From NCBI RefSeq assembly GCF_032444005.1, contig NC_091282.1, positions 218,550,001 through 218,614,000 of the forward strand: a DNA stretch of 64,000 bases. The letters are read 5' to 3'. The notes below the pieces were generated by a model that saw nothing but the letters and a program-made list of their open reading frames with translations, had not been told where the DNA came from and made no database searches. The stretch is from Ranitomeya imitator. Its lineage: Eukaryota. Made by a program: the position numbers and the translations under genes. This document shows positions 1 through 12,735 of the stretch, piece after piece. Numbering within the stretch: the first letter of the stretch is position 1; each line of letters begins with the position of its first letter.

Positions 1-1455
1 TTCCAACCTAACTCGGAAGACAGGGTGCGGAACCGAATGGTGTATTGACCCACAGAGAAAGTACCCTGGTGCAGGTTAAAGAGCGACTCTGTAACAGAAG
101 CCAAGCAACCAGGCTTGTTGAATACCTTATGGAAGGTATCGAGAAAGGTAGAGAGTAGAGAGACTAGAGGGTCATCCCGCTCCTAGAGAGGGTTCACCCA
201 GGCTAAAGCCTCCCCCTCTAAATGAGGCCACCTTTGCTCGATCTGTGGGGTATTGCTGTGGTAGCAGCTCAAAATGTAGTTGGCACTGATTAAGAAACCC
301 CCTACATAATTTGGGATCTCCACTGTACCGTGGCGGTTTCACCAGGTAGGGTGACAGGTGGGGAATTGAGGCTTGGATCGAGGCGGAGGCAGCATACTGA
401 AGAGCAAGAAGGCGGTCATCCACAGACGCCATATAGCTAAGGACGTGGGCCTGGGTATCACGCTGCTGAGCAAGCTCCTGCTGGAGACTGGCCAGCTGGG
501 CAGCACTCCCTGGATCGGATGTTTGAAAGGCCAATAAGCGGGACTCCATGGTTTTGAGGAAAGACATGATCCTAGACTGATCTCCCGTATAAATAAAAGT
601 TACTTTTGAGTTGGGGATGGGGAACCAGCGGGGTCCATGGCCTGTTTGTACTGTAGGGTTTGTGGGACTCCTAGGGTGAACGTGGTGGAACACAGCAACG
701 AACCTCCTTAAGGTGAGCTGGCCTGATAAACCACCCCCTATACAGGGAGCATCAGGAGCAGACCCAAAGGAGACTATTACCACGGACTCTGATACCCATG
801 GACAGGACGTAGGGGAAACACAAAAGGAAAGCGAGGAAAACAGGTAGGAGAGGCATGAGATACCAGGAGGGATAGAAGTGGCACAGGACGAGGAAGATGG
901 ACAAAGGATATACAGGAGACACAAAAAAAGGAAAACAAACAAGGTGAGGGCACAGATGGACGAAAGGTACAAAGGGGAAACGAAAAGAGATAACAAAGCA
1001 GGAGAGAGCTGGATAGGAAATGCACAGAATGCAGAACAGACTGGCCAAGAAAAAGAGGAGCCAGGAAGCGAGGGACCTGAATCTAGTGCGGAGAACAATA
1101 GACAAACAGGCAAAGGACAGAGGGAGAGGCTACCTGATAAAGGAAGCATCATAGAACTTCCGGGTCAGGAAACCAGCAAAGAAAGGAGGAGCAGAACGAA
1201 CGAAGGTCAGCCAGAGGGAGTGCACGTGCGCTACTGGAGTCAGAGGGAGGTGTGCGCACGCGTCACCGCCGGGAACTACGAGCCAGCAAGGAGACCGGAA
1301 GTCGGGAGGCCAGGGGGCGTGCGGACACACCGGGGACGCGCAGAGCCAGACAAGTGCGCAGGGAGCCGGAAGAAGACCCAGCTGGAGTGGCAGCAGTGGG
1401 AGAAGCATGCCGGGAGAGGTAAGTATGCTGCGAACCAGGTGCGGCAGGCGTCACA
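1..1455 (-). mobile_element. Gypsy/Ty3 LTR retrotransposon, 5' part (5' LTR 652-1455 plus frameshifted gag running off the window), inserted into a Tc1 element
   Basis: Minus strand reads TGTGACG...CTACA then gtacaaacaggccATGGACCCC. Gag motifs PPRYSGDPKLCRGFLNQC and YPTDRAKV, and further gag residues in 1-170 after a frameshift. The LTR interrupts the Tc1 transposase at HNFLQH. Confidence 0.85.
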
Positions 1456-2552
1456 TGCTGCAAGAAGTTGTGGTAGCCATGGTGGTTCAGTATGCCTTCA
1501 ATTTTGAATAAGTCCCAAACAGTGTCACCAGCAAGGCACCCCAACACCATCACACCTCCTCCTCCATGCTTCACGGTGTGAACCAGGCATGTAGAGTCCA
1601 TCCGTTCACCTCTTCTGCATCGCACAAAGACACGATGGTTGGAATCAAAGATTTCAAATTTGAACTCATCAGACCAAAACACAGATTTCCACTGGTCTAA
1701 TGTCCATTCCTTGTGTTCTTTAGCCCAAACAAGTCTCTTCTGCTTGTTGCCTGTCCTTAACAGTGGTTTCCTAGCAGCTATTTTACCATGAAGGCCTGCT
1801 GCACAAAGTCTCCTCTTAACAGTTGTTGTAGAGATGTGTCTGCTGCTAGAACTCTGTGTGGCATTGACCTGGTCTCTAATCTGAGCTGTTGATAACCTGC
1901 AATTTCTGAGGCTGGTGACTCGGATAAACTTATCCTCAGAAGCAGAGGTGACTCTTAGTCTTCCTTTCCTGGGGTGGACCTCATGTGAGCTAGTTTCTTT
2001 GCAGTGCTTGATGGTTTTTGCTACTGCACTTGGGGACACTTTCCAAGTTTTCCCAATTTTTCGGACTGACTGACCTTCATTTCTTAAAGTAATGATGGCC
2101 ACTCATGTTTCTTTACTTAGCCGCTTTTTTCTTGCCATAATACAAATTCTAACAGTCTATTCAGTACGACTATCAGCTGTGTATCCACCAGACTTCTGCA
2201 CAACACAATTGATGGTCCCAACCCCATTTATAAGGCAAGAAATCCCACTTATTAAACCTGACAGGGTACATCTGTGAAGTGAAAACCATTCCTGGTGACT
2301 ACCTCTTGAAGCTCATCAAGAGAACGCCCAGGGTGTGCAAAGCAGTCATCAAAGCAAAATGTGGCTACTTTGAAGAACCTAGAATATAAGACATAATTTC
2401 AGTTGTTTCACACTTTTTTGTTAAGTATATAGTTCCACATGTGTTAATTCATAGTTTTGATGCCTTCAGTGTGAATGTACAATTTTCATAGTCATGAAAA
2501 TATAGAAAAATCTTTAAATGAGAAGCTGTGTCCAAACTTTTGGTCTGTACTC
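1456..2552 (-). mobile_element. Tc1 DNA transposon, 5' half (transposase N-terminus to mid catalytic domain)
   Basis: ORF 1456-2102 has a paired-like HTH and WSDEFKFEIF...KHGGGGVMV. Terminal repeat ...ccaaacttttggtctgtact ends at 2552 followed by TA. Confidence 0.9.
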
Positions 2553-2829
2553 TAGGTATTTTTTCCATTTGGAGAAAATTCTGATTTGGCTGAAAACCCT
2601 ATGTCTTGTGTAGTGTATGATATATAATATAATTATAATAATGTTAACTCGCTTTGAGGTAGCTATCTCTAAAGATGTCGTTAACATTCCCTCTTTTTCC
2701 CCTTGGAAGAGATCTTCTCCTTGGAAGAGACAACCTGCATACCTTTAATGATTAAACAGATAACCAGTCTAACAGGATACCATTACTGATATTATCCTTT
2801 TACAACTCCATACAAAGAAGACCCTCAAG

Positions 2830-3970
2830 TTGCAATACCAAATGGTCCCAAACTACAATAAAGACACTCCCAAACTACAACACCAGATATTTCCAAACTA
2901 CAATGCAAGACACTTGCAGGCTATACCACTAGATATTCCCAGTCTACAAGATTCTTCCAAGCTACAATACCAAATATTTCTAAACTACAAGACATTCCCA
3001 TGCTCTAAAACTAAATGTACCCAAGCTAAAATAGAAGACACTCCAAAGCTACAAAACCAGATATTCCCAAACAACAAGACACCTCCAAGCCACAACACCA
3101 AATATTCCCAAACTACAATAAAAGACACTCCCAAGCTACAACACAACATTTTTCCAAACTACAAGATTCTCCCAAGTTTAAATACCAGATATTCCAGAAC
3201 TACAAGATTCTCCCAAGCTACAATACTAGATATTACCAAACTACAAGATTCTCCCAAGCTACAATACCAGATATTCCAGATCTACAAGATTCTCCAAAGC
3301 TACAATACTAGATATTACCAAACTACAAGATTCTCCCGAGATACAATACCAGATATTTTAGAACTACAAAAAATTTTTTCCAAGCCACAACACCAAATAT
3401 TCCCAAACTACAAAACAAGACACTCCCAAGCTACAACACAAGATTTTCCCAAACTACAAGATTCTCCCAAGCTACAATACCAGATATTCCAGAACTACAA
3501 GATTCTCCCAAGCTACAATACCAGATATTTTAGAACTACAAGTTTCTTCCAAGCTACAATACTAGATATTCCTAAACTACAATACAAGACACTCCCATGC
3601 TATAAAACTAAATACACCCAAACTAAAATAGAAGACATTCCCAGCCACAACACAAATATTCCCAAACTACAATACAAGACACTCCCAAGCTACAACACTA
3701 GATTTTCCCAAACTACAAGATTTTTCCAAGCTACAATATCAGATATTCCAGAACTGCAAGATTCTCCCAAGCTACAATACCAGATATTACCAAACTACAA
3801 GATTATCCCAAGCTTCAACACTAGATATTACCAAACTACAAGATTTTCTCAAGCTACTACACCAGAAATTCTTGAACTACATGACTCTCCCAAGATACAA
3901 CACCAGATATTCCCAAACTACCAGATTCTTCCAAGCTACAACACCAGATATTTCCAAACTCTAAAGCTAC
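2830..3970. repeat. 41-bp minisatellite (ATTCTCCCAAGCTACAATACCAGATATTCCAGAACTACAAG-like)
   Basis: TCCCAAGCT-type motif recurs at 3211, 3252 and 3293 (41-bp spacing), with internal CCAA(A/G)CTACAA sub-repeats. Confidence 0.9.
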
Positions 3971-5311
3971 ATCTGGAACTGGATTGTTTGCAGGAGACAT
4001 CATAGAAAGAGTTGAATATAGATATATTTATAGCCATAGAATAGCACATTTCTCAGCATTAAAGGTGTACCCTAACACTTGGATATCCTCTCTTTGCAGG
4101 TGTATGTGTATTATTAGCCATGTGTACCATATACTGTAGATACTGTAGATGAAACATACACTGTGAAAAGATACTGTTAGACGCCGGGATTTTCCCTCTG
4201 CACAGAATGGATCCCAAGCCTTATCTTCCTCTGTGGTCTCCCATTCAGTTCCGACCACAGTGGATGCTGCTCGGCGTCTTGCTCGGGCTCAGTCTGTGAG
4301 CATGGTTACCGCTGCCTTCCCAGGTTCTGCTTTAGTAACCAATAATAGATTACAGCCAGCGATCACTCCTGAGTCTAAGTCCTGGTTTCGCACTAATGAG
4401 AATGCTTGTGGGACGGCTTCTCGTTGGTGCTTGCCCGTCACATGCTCAGGTCCAGATCCAGCTGTGGATTGGCCAGTGAGCAAGGTCCTGTGTTATGAAT
4501 AGGTAATTCAGAACCACAATGGACCTTGAAGTTCAGAGCACACAAAGTGACCTGACAATAACAAAAAAACATAGGACGAGCTCTGAGACGTGGGAACTCT
4601 GCTGACCGCAATCCTTAATCCTATCACATCACACTAGAGGTAGCCGTGGATTGCTCCTAACGCTCCCTATGCAACTCGGCACAGCCTGAGAAACTAGCTA
4701 GACCTGAAGATAGAAAAATAAGCCTACCTTGCCTCAGAGAAATTCCCCAAAGGAAAAGGCAGCCCCCCACATAAAATGACTGTGAGTTAAGATGAAAATA
4801 CAAACACAGAGATGAAATAGATTTAGCAAAGTGAGGTCCGACTTACTGAATAGACCGAGGATAGGAAAGATAGCTTTGCGGTCAACACAAAAACCTACAA
4901 ACAACCACGCAGAGGGGCAAAAAGACCCTCCGCACCGACTAACGGTACGGAGGTGCTCCCTCTGCGTCTCAGAGCTTCCAGCAAGCAAGAAAAACAAATA
5001 TAGCAAGCTGGACAGAAAATATAGCAAACAAAAGTAACACAAGCAGAACTTAGCTTATGCTGGGAGACAGGCCACAGGAACGATCCAGGAGGAAGCAAGA
5101 CCAATACTAGAACATTGACTGGAGGCCAGGATCAAAGCACTAGGTGGAGTTAAATAGAGCAGCACCTAACGACTTAACCTCATCACCTGAGGAAGGAAAC
5201 TCAGAAGCCGCAGTACCACTCACATCCACCAACGGAAGCCCATAGACAGAATCAGCCGAAGTAACACTTGTGACCACAGGAAGGAGCTCGACCACAGAAT
5301 TCACAACAGTA

Positions 5312-6311
5312 CCCCCCCTTGAGGAGGGGTCACCGAACCCTCACCAGAGCCCCCAGGCCGACCAGGATGAGCCATATGAAAGGCACGAACAAGATCGGCA
5401 GCATGGACATCAGAGGCAAAGACCCAGGAATTATCTTCCTGACCCTAACCCTTCCACTTAACCAGATACTGGAGTTTCCGTCTCGAAACACGAGAATCCA
5501 AAATCTTCTCCACTATATACTCCAACTCCCCCTCCACCAAAACCGGGGCAGGAGGATCAACAGATGGAACCATAGGTGCCACGTATCTCCGCAACAATGA
5601 CCTATGGAATATGTTATGGATGGAAAAAGAATCTGGAAGGGTCAAACGAAAAGACACAGGATTAAGAACCTCAGAAATCCTATACGGACCAATGAAACGA
5701 GGCTTAAACTTAGGAGAGGAAACCTTCATAGGAATATAACGAGATGACAACCAAACCAAATCCCCAACACGAAGTCGGGGACCCACACAGCGTCTGCGAT
5801 TAGCGAAACGTTGAGCCTTCTCCTGGGACAAGGTCAAATTGTCCACTACATGAGTCCAAATCTGCTGCAACCTGTCCACCACAGTATCCACACCAGGACA
5901 GTCCGAAGACTCAACCTGCCCTGAAGAGAAACGAGGATGGAACCCAGAATTGCAAAAAAACGGCGAAACCAAGGTAGCCGAGCTGGCCCGATTATAAAGG
6001 GCAAACTCAGTCAACGGCAAAAAGGACACCCAATCATCCTGATCAGCAGAAACAAAACATCTCAGATATGTTTCCAAGGTCTGATTGGTTCCTTCAGTCT
6101 GGCAATTAGTCTGAGGATGGAAAGCCGAGGAAAAAGACAAATCAATGCCCATCCTAGCACAAAAGGCTCGCCAAAACCTCGAAACAAACTGGGAACCTCT
6201 GTCAGAAACGATGTTCTCTGGAATGCCATGCAAACGAACCACATGCTGGAAGAACAATGGCACCAAATCAGAGGAGGAAGGTAATTTATACAAGGGTACC
6301 AAATGGACCAT
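5312..6311 (-). pseudogene. Gypsy integrase core, GPY/F region and chromodomain with a premature TAG
   Basis: IVSDRGSQF, FHPQTNCQTE, PRFIGPY, EYIVEKILDSR...YLVKWKG. TAG at 5445-5447, after which the frame continues GQEDNSWVFASDVHA. Confidence 0.93.
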
Positions 6312-6335
6312 CTTAGAGAAGCGATCACAAACTAC

Positions 6336-8069
6336 CTAAATGACCGACATTTTTTGAGAGACGGGGAGATCCGAAATAAAATCCATAGAGATATGTGTCC
6401 AAGGCCTCTTCGGGACCGGCAAGGGCAAAAGCAACCCACTGGCACGAGAACAGCAGGGCTTAGCCCGAGCACAAATCCCACAGGACTGCACAAAAGAACG
6501 CACATCCCGCGACAGAGACGGCCACCAAAAGGATCTAGCCACTAAATCTCTGGTAACAAAGATTCCAGGATGACCAGCCAACACCGAACAATGAACCTCA
6601 GAGATAACTTTATTCGTCCACCTATCAGGGACAAACAGTTTCTCCGCTGGGCAACGATCAGGTTTATTAGCCTGAAATTTTTGCAGCACCCGCCGCAAAT
6701 CAGGGGAGATGGCAGACACAATTACTCCCTCTTTGAGAATACCCGCCGGCTCAGGCAAACCCGGAGAGTCGGGCACAAAACTCCTAGGCAGGGCATCCGC
6801 CTTCACATTTTTAGAGCCCGGAAGGTATGAAACCACAAAGTAAAAACGGGAGAAAAACAGCAACCAACGAGCCTGTCTAGGATTCAACCGTTTGGCAGAC
6901 TCGAGATAAGTCAAGTTCTTGTGATCAGTCAAGACCACCACGCGATGCTTAGCTCCTTCAAGCCAATGATGCCACTCCTCAAATGCCCACTTTATGGCCA
7001 GCAACTCTCGATTGCCAACATCATAATTTTGCTCAGCAGGCGAAAACTTCCTGGAAAAGAAGGCGCATGGCTTCATCACCGAGCAATCAGAACCTCTTTG
7101 CGACAAAACAGCCCCCGCTCCAATTTCAGAAGCATCAACCTCGACCTGGAACGGAAGCGAAACATCTGGTTGACACAACACAGGGGCAGAAGAAAAACGA
7201 CGCTTTAACTCTTGAAAAGCTTCCACAGCAGCAGAAGACCAATTGACCACATCAGCACCCTTCTTGGTCAAATCGGTCAATGGTTTAGCAATACTAGAAA
7301 AATTACAGATGAAGCGACGATAAAAATTAGCAAAGCCAAGGAACTTTTGCAGACTCTTCAGAGATGTCGGCTGAGTCCAATCATAAATGGCCTGGACCTT
7401 AACAAGGTCCATCTCGATAGTAGAAGGGGAAAAAATGAACCCCAAAAATGAAACCTTCTGAACACCAAAGAGACACTTTGATCCCTTCACAAACAAAGAA
7501 TTAGCACGCAGGACCTGGAACACCATTCTGACCTGCTTCACATGAGACTCCCAATCATCCGAGAAGACCAAAATATCATCCAAGTATACAATCAGGAATT
7601 TATCCAAGTACTCTCGGAAGATGTCATGCATAAAGGACTGAAATACTGATGGATCATTGGCAAGTCCGAATGGCATAACTAGGTCCTCAAAATGGCCCTC
7701 GGGCGTATTAAATGCAGTTTTCCATTCATCGCCCCGTTTAATACGCACAAGATTATATGCACCACGAAGATCTATCTTGGTGAACCAACTAGCCCCCTTA
7801 ATCTGAGCAAACAAATCAGATAGCAGCGGCAAGGGGTACTGAAATTTGACCGTGATTTTATTTAGAAGGCGGTAATCAATACAAGGTCTCAGCGAACCAT
7901 CCTTCTTGGCCACAAAAAAGAACCCTGCTCCCAATGGCGATGACGACGGGCGAATATGACCCTTCTCCAAGGATTCTTTTACATAACTCCGCATAGCGGC
8001 GTGCTCAGGTACAGATAAATTAAACAGTCGACCATTAGGAAACTTACTACCATCAACTCGATAGCACAA
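6336..8069 (-). pseudogene. Gypsy reverse transcriptase / RNase H / integrase zinc finger
   Basis: LRPCIDYR, KIDLRGAYN, MPFGL, VYLDDILV, EVDASEIG, TDHKNL, HCSVLAGHPG...CGIC. Out of frame with the integrase core. Confidence 0.95.
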
Positions 8070-8729
8070 TCACAATCCCTATGCGGAGGTAGGGCACTGG
8101 ACTTGGGCTCATCGAATATATCCCGGTAATCAGACAAGAACTCTGGGACCTCAGAAGGGGTGGATGATGAGATAGACAGAAATGGAACATCACCATGTAC
8201 CCCCTGACAACCCCAGCTGGACACAGACATTGATTTCCAATCTAATACTGGGTTATGGACTTGCAGCCATGGCAACCCCAACACGACCACGTCATGCAGA
8301 TTATGCAACACCAGAAAGCGAATATCCTCCCGGTGTGCAGGAGCCATGCACATGGTCAGCTGGGTCCAATACTGAGGCTTATTCTTGGCCAAGGGCGTAG
8401 CATCAATTCCTCTCAATGGAATAAGACACTGCAAGGGCTCCAAGTCAAACCCACAGCGCCTAGCAAACTCCAAGTCCATCAAGTTCAGGGCAGCGCCTGA
8501 ATCCACAAATGCCATGACAGAATAGGAAGACAAAGAGCAGATCAAAGTAACGGACAAAAGAAATTTCGACTGTACCGTACCAATGGTGGCAGACTTAGCG
8601 AACCGCTTAGTGCGCTTAGGACAATCGGAGATAGCATGAGTGGAATCACCACAGTAGAAACACAGCCCATTCTGACGTCTGTGTTCCTGCCTTTCAGCTC
8701 TGGTCAAAGTCCTATCGCACTGCATAGGC
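7979..8729 (-). pseudogene. Gypsy gag zinc knuckle and aspartic protease
   Basis: CFYCGDSTHAISDC (CX2CX4HX4C) and AFVDSGAALN. Frameshift after LPPHRDCDCAIEL. Confidence 0.9.
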
Positions 8730-9476
8730 TCAGGTAGGCTCAGATAATACCGCCAAATGGTGCACAGATTTACGCTCACGCAAGCGTCGACCGATCTGAA
8801 TGCCCAAAGACATAGACTCATTCAGACCAGCAGGCATAGGAAATCCCACCATGACATCCTTAAGGGCTTCAGAGAGACCCTTTCTGAAAATAGCTGCCAG
8901 CGCACATTCATTCCATTGAGTGAGCACAGACCACTTTCTAAACTTCTGACAATAAATCTCTATCTCATCCTGACCCTGACACAGAGCCAGCAAATTTTTC
9001 TCTGCCTGATCCACTGAATTAGGTTCATCGTACAGTAATCCAAGCGCCAGAAAAAACGCATCAATATTACATAATGCAGGATCTCCTGGCGCAAGGGAAA
9101 ATGCCCAGTCTTGAGGGTCGCCACGTAATAAAGAAATAATGATCTTAACTTGTTGAACTGGGTCACCAGAGGAGCGAGGTTTCAACACCAGAAACAGTTT
9201 GCAATTATTTTTGAAACTCGGAAATTTAGCTCTATCTCCAGAAAACAAATCAGGAATAGGAATTCTTGGTTCTAACATAGAATTCTGAGCCACAAAGTCT
9301 TGAATATTTTGTACTCTTGCAGTGAGATGATCCACACATGAAGACAGACCTTTAATGTCCATCACTACACCTGTGTCCTGAACCACCCAAATGTCTAGGG
9401 GAAAAAAAAGGCAAAACACAGTGCAAAGAAAAAAAAATGGTCTCAGAACTTCTTTTTTCCCTCGATTGAGAAGCAT
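8730..9476 (-). pseudogene. Gypsy gag (N-terminal part; frameshifted before the zinc knuckle)
   Basis: PDLFSGDRAKFPSFKNNC, LLRGDPQDWA, LCQGQDEIEIYCQKFR are retrotransposon-gag-like. The ORF ends prematurely at LSEPT. Confidence 0.88.
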
Positions 9477-11114
9477 AGTACTTTAGTCCTCCAGTACTGT
9501 TATGAATAGGTAATTCAGAACCACAATGGACCTTGAAGTTCAGAGCACACAAAGTGACCTGACAATAACCAAAAAACATAGGACGAGCTCTGAGACGTGG
9601 GAACTCTGCTGACCGCAATCCTTAATTCTATCACACCACACTAGAGGTAGCCGTGGTTTGCGCCTAACGCTCCCTATGCAACTCGGCACAGCCTGAGAAA
9701 CTAGCTAGACCTGAAGATAGAAAAATAAGCCTACCTTGCCTCAGAGAAATTCCCCAAAGGAAAAGGCAGCCCCCCACATAAAATGACTGTGAGTTAAGAT
9801 GAAAATACAAACACAGAGATGAAATAGATTTAGCAAAGTGAGGCCCGACTTACTGAATAGACCGAGGATAGGAAAGTTAGCTTTGCGGTCAACACAAAAA
9901 CCTACAAACAACCACGCAGAGGGGCAAAAAGACCCTCCGCACCGACTAACGGTACGGAGGTGCTCCCTCTGCGTCTCAGAGCTTCCAGCAAGCAAGAAAA
10001 ACAAATATAGCAAGCTGGACAGAAAATATAGCAAACAAAAGTAACACAAGCAGAACTTAGCTTATGCAGGATAGAGAGGCCACAGGAACGATCCAGGAGG
10101 AAGCAAGACCAATACTAGAACATTGACTGGAGGCCAGGATCAAAGCACTAAGTGGAGTTAAATAGAGCAGCACCTAACGACTTAACCTCATCACCTGATG
10201 AAGGAAACTCAGAAGCCGCAGTACCACTCACATCCACCAACGGAAGCCCATAGACAGAATCAGCCGAAGTACCACTTGTGACCACAGGAGGGAGCTCGAC
10301 CACAGAATTCACAACAGTCCTGTCAGATTGACAGAAACTATAAAAGGATTTTTGGTGCGCCCGTCGGTGCGCTAAGATCTGTTATGTTTGGCGTGTGTGA
10401 GGAACCTAACTGTAGTGTGGACTCTGCTGTATGTGACTTTAGAATTCTGACTTCTCCAGAGAGGAGATTGTGTGGTTGAATTCAGGGCAGGCGCTAGTGC
10501 CTTTAGAATTCCAACCCCTCCGGAGAGGAGTTCTGTGAGTGATTGGATTCCGCTACCGGATCCCTTGCCCCAGTGGGGCTTGCATGCTCCTGTGGAGTTA
10601 AGAGGGTGCACATTTAGCACCATATTTCTCTGTAGCTGTGTGCTTATAAACACAGTGCTAAAGCAGAGTTCCTTTTCCGTTGCTGTGTGTGATTGGCACA
10701 GCCAGGTGCTTCTCCACTGAGTGACGTTAACTCAGTGCGAGTCACTTTCGCTCGCTGCTTGTATTCGCCTTTGTTTCCTAGCTGCAGTTTGCCATCTCTG
10801 CATGGTGGACTCCCGGTGGCGAACACACTTTATTTTCATATTTATTTAGTGCGTTCCGCCAACCCTAACAGATACAATTCAATTTTATTGACCCAAAAAT
10901 AGAAACTGTAACAAATGAACTTCTTATAATCTCCATACCCTGAACACTTAATAGATTTCAGCTGTGTTCATGCAGAATTTCTGGCATTGGAAAAGTGACA
11001 TGTTTACTGTGTACACCAGCTCTGTTTGCAGAAAACTAGCCTGGACCACACTTGCTGAATTCATACACCAGATCTGACTCCGTAATAGTCAGAATCACAC
11101 TCCAGTTCATTTAA

Positions 11115-12735
11115 GGGAATATGAATATAAAACACACACTGTTCCACCATGAAAAAATGTTAATAATATCACTAACACGAGAAAACATGAAAAAAACAAT
11201 GACAATCCGAATGGTTCATGTTAAGGAAATGGAAGAAGTTCAGGGATTTTATGTCCTTAAAGGGAATGTATCGCCAGTAGTGTTGAGCATTCCGATACCG
11301 CAAGTATCGGGTATCGGACGATACTTGTGGTATCGGAATTCCGATACCGAGATCCGATACTTTTGTGGTATCGGGTATCGGTATCGGTTCCATAGGGATG
11401 TGTAAAATAAAGAATTAAAATAAAAAATATTGATATATTCACCTCTCCGGCGGCCCCTGGACATCACGCTGGTAACCGGCAGGCTTCTTTGTTTAAAATG
11501 AGCGCCTTTAGGACCTGCGAATGACGTCACGGCTTCTGATTGGTCACGTGCTGCTCATGTGACCGCCACGCGACCAATCAGAACCCGCGACGTCATTCTC
11601 ATTCACTAAACTCCTAATTCTAGGAATTAAGGACCTGCGAATGACGTTGCGGCTTCTGATTGGTCGCGTGGCGGTCACATGAGCGGCACACGACCAATCA
11701 GAAGCCGCGACCTCATTCGCAGGTCCTAAAGGCGCTCATTTTAAACAAAGAAGCCTGCCGGTTACCAGCGTGATGTCCAGGGGCCGCCGGAGAGGTGAAT
11801 ATATCAATATTTTTTATTTTAATTCTTTATTTTACACATCCCTATGGATCCCAGGGCCTGAAGGAGAGTTTCCTCTCCTTCAGACCCTGGGAACCATCAG
11901 AATACCTTCCGATACTTGGTGTCCCATTGACTTGTATTGGTATCGGATATCGGTATCGGCGATATCCGATATTTTTCGGGTATCGGCCGATACTATCCAA
12001 TACCGATACTTTCAAGTATCGGACGGTATCGCTCAACACTAATCGCCAGAAATTAATGTAACCTTCATTTGATTGTTATTTTCATAAACAAATACATGAG
12101 AAGATAAGAAACTTTGTAATATATTTCATCAGCGAAATCTCCTTCTTTGTAATCCTGAGATGATCATTCACACTCAGTCCATAAATTCAAAGGTAAAATC
12201 TGCTTTCAGTGAAGACAGATTGTCAGCTCACAGAGCTGCTCATAAAACTCTATGGAGATGGGAGCTGGAAAAGGAAGAGGAAGGAGCTAGAAAGGGACAG
12301 ACAGAAGCAGAGTTCACCTTAAACTACAGTTACAATTTTTTTTACGTTAATCTTGTTACAGACTATTGTTATGTGATGCTTTTGCTGATTTTCAAGTCTC
12401 AGCTATTTAAAAACAATTATAACATCATGTGGTTTTGTAAGAAGGACTGACTGATTCTATTTTTTTAAAGACCATATTGACCTCTATGAAGGTCACAGAA
12501 TATGACAAGAAAACTCTCCTGAAAAAGTCAGTGAATCATCTCCATACCACAGGGTTACATGTCTATGTTTAGAAAATCACTGATCTGCAATCAACAGAGC
12601 AGCGGCTCAGGCAAGAATGGCTATCTCACTGTCATATACAAACATAAATTTATAATGATATAAAATTAAAACAGAATAGAAAAATGGAAAATCTTGTTTT
12701 AATTAGAAAAAAAGGATTCAAGGTTACATATTCCC
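11115..12735. mobile_element. TTAA-flanked non-autonomous DNA transposon(s) hosting the hAT MITE; boundaries uncertain
   Basis: TTAA|GGGAATATG at 11111-11123 and CATATTCCC|TTAA at 12727-12739. A second TTAA|AGGGAATGT start at 11257. Confidence 0.4.
11278..12041. mobile_element. hAT-like MITE with a large internal palindrome
   Basis: TIR TAGTGTTGAGC / GCTCAACACTA, perfect 8-bp TSD ATCGCCAG. Internal inverted arms about 11391-11845. (GATACC)-type subterminal repeats. Confidence 0.9.

Larger units (their letters stand above)
4491..10316 (-). mobile_element. Full-length, recently inactivated chromodomain-bearing Gypsy/Ty3 LTR retrotransposon
   Basis: LTRs 4491-5308 and 9498-10316 (TG...CA, about 15 differences by eye, about 98% identical). 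PPT aagggggggtac next to the 3' LTR. Order gag-CCHC-PR-RT-RH-IN-chromo. Flanking duplication GTCCTG. Confidence 0.97.
4175..10870 (+). mobile_element. Solo LTR (about 0.86 kb) split by the 4491-10316 Gypsy insertion
   Basis: TGTTAG at 4175, CTAACA at 10870, perfect 5-bp TSD GATAC (4170-4174 and 10871-10875), CTATAAAAGG box near 10338. The 3' end resembles the 34208-35177 LTR. Confidence 0.88.

Noticed and set aside
878-1507. 209-aa plus-strand ORF and the overlapping minus-strand ORFs at 752-1152
   Set aside because: They lie within the purine/pyrimidine-skewed LTR, are low complexity and show no domain motifs.
2830-3970. Regularly spaced repeats as a possible CRISPR array (also 28035-28640)
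   Set aside because: Contiguous tandem units with no unique spacers, in a eukaryotic intron.
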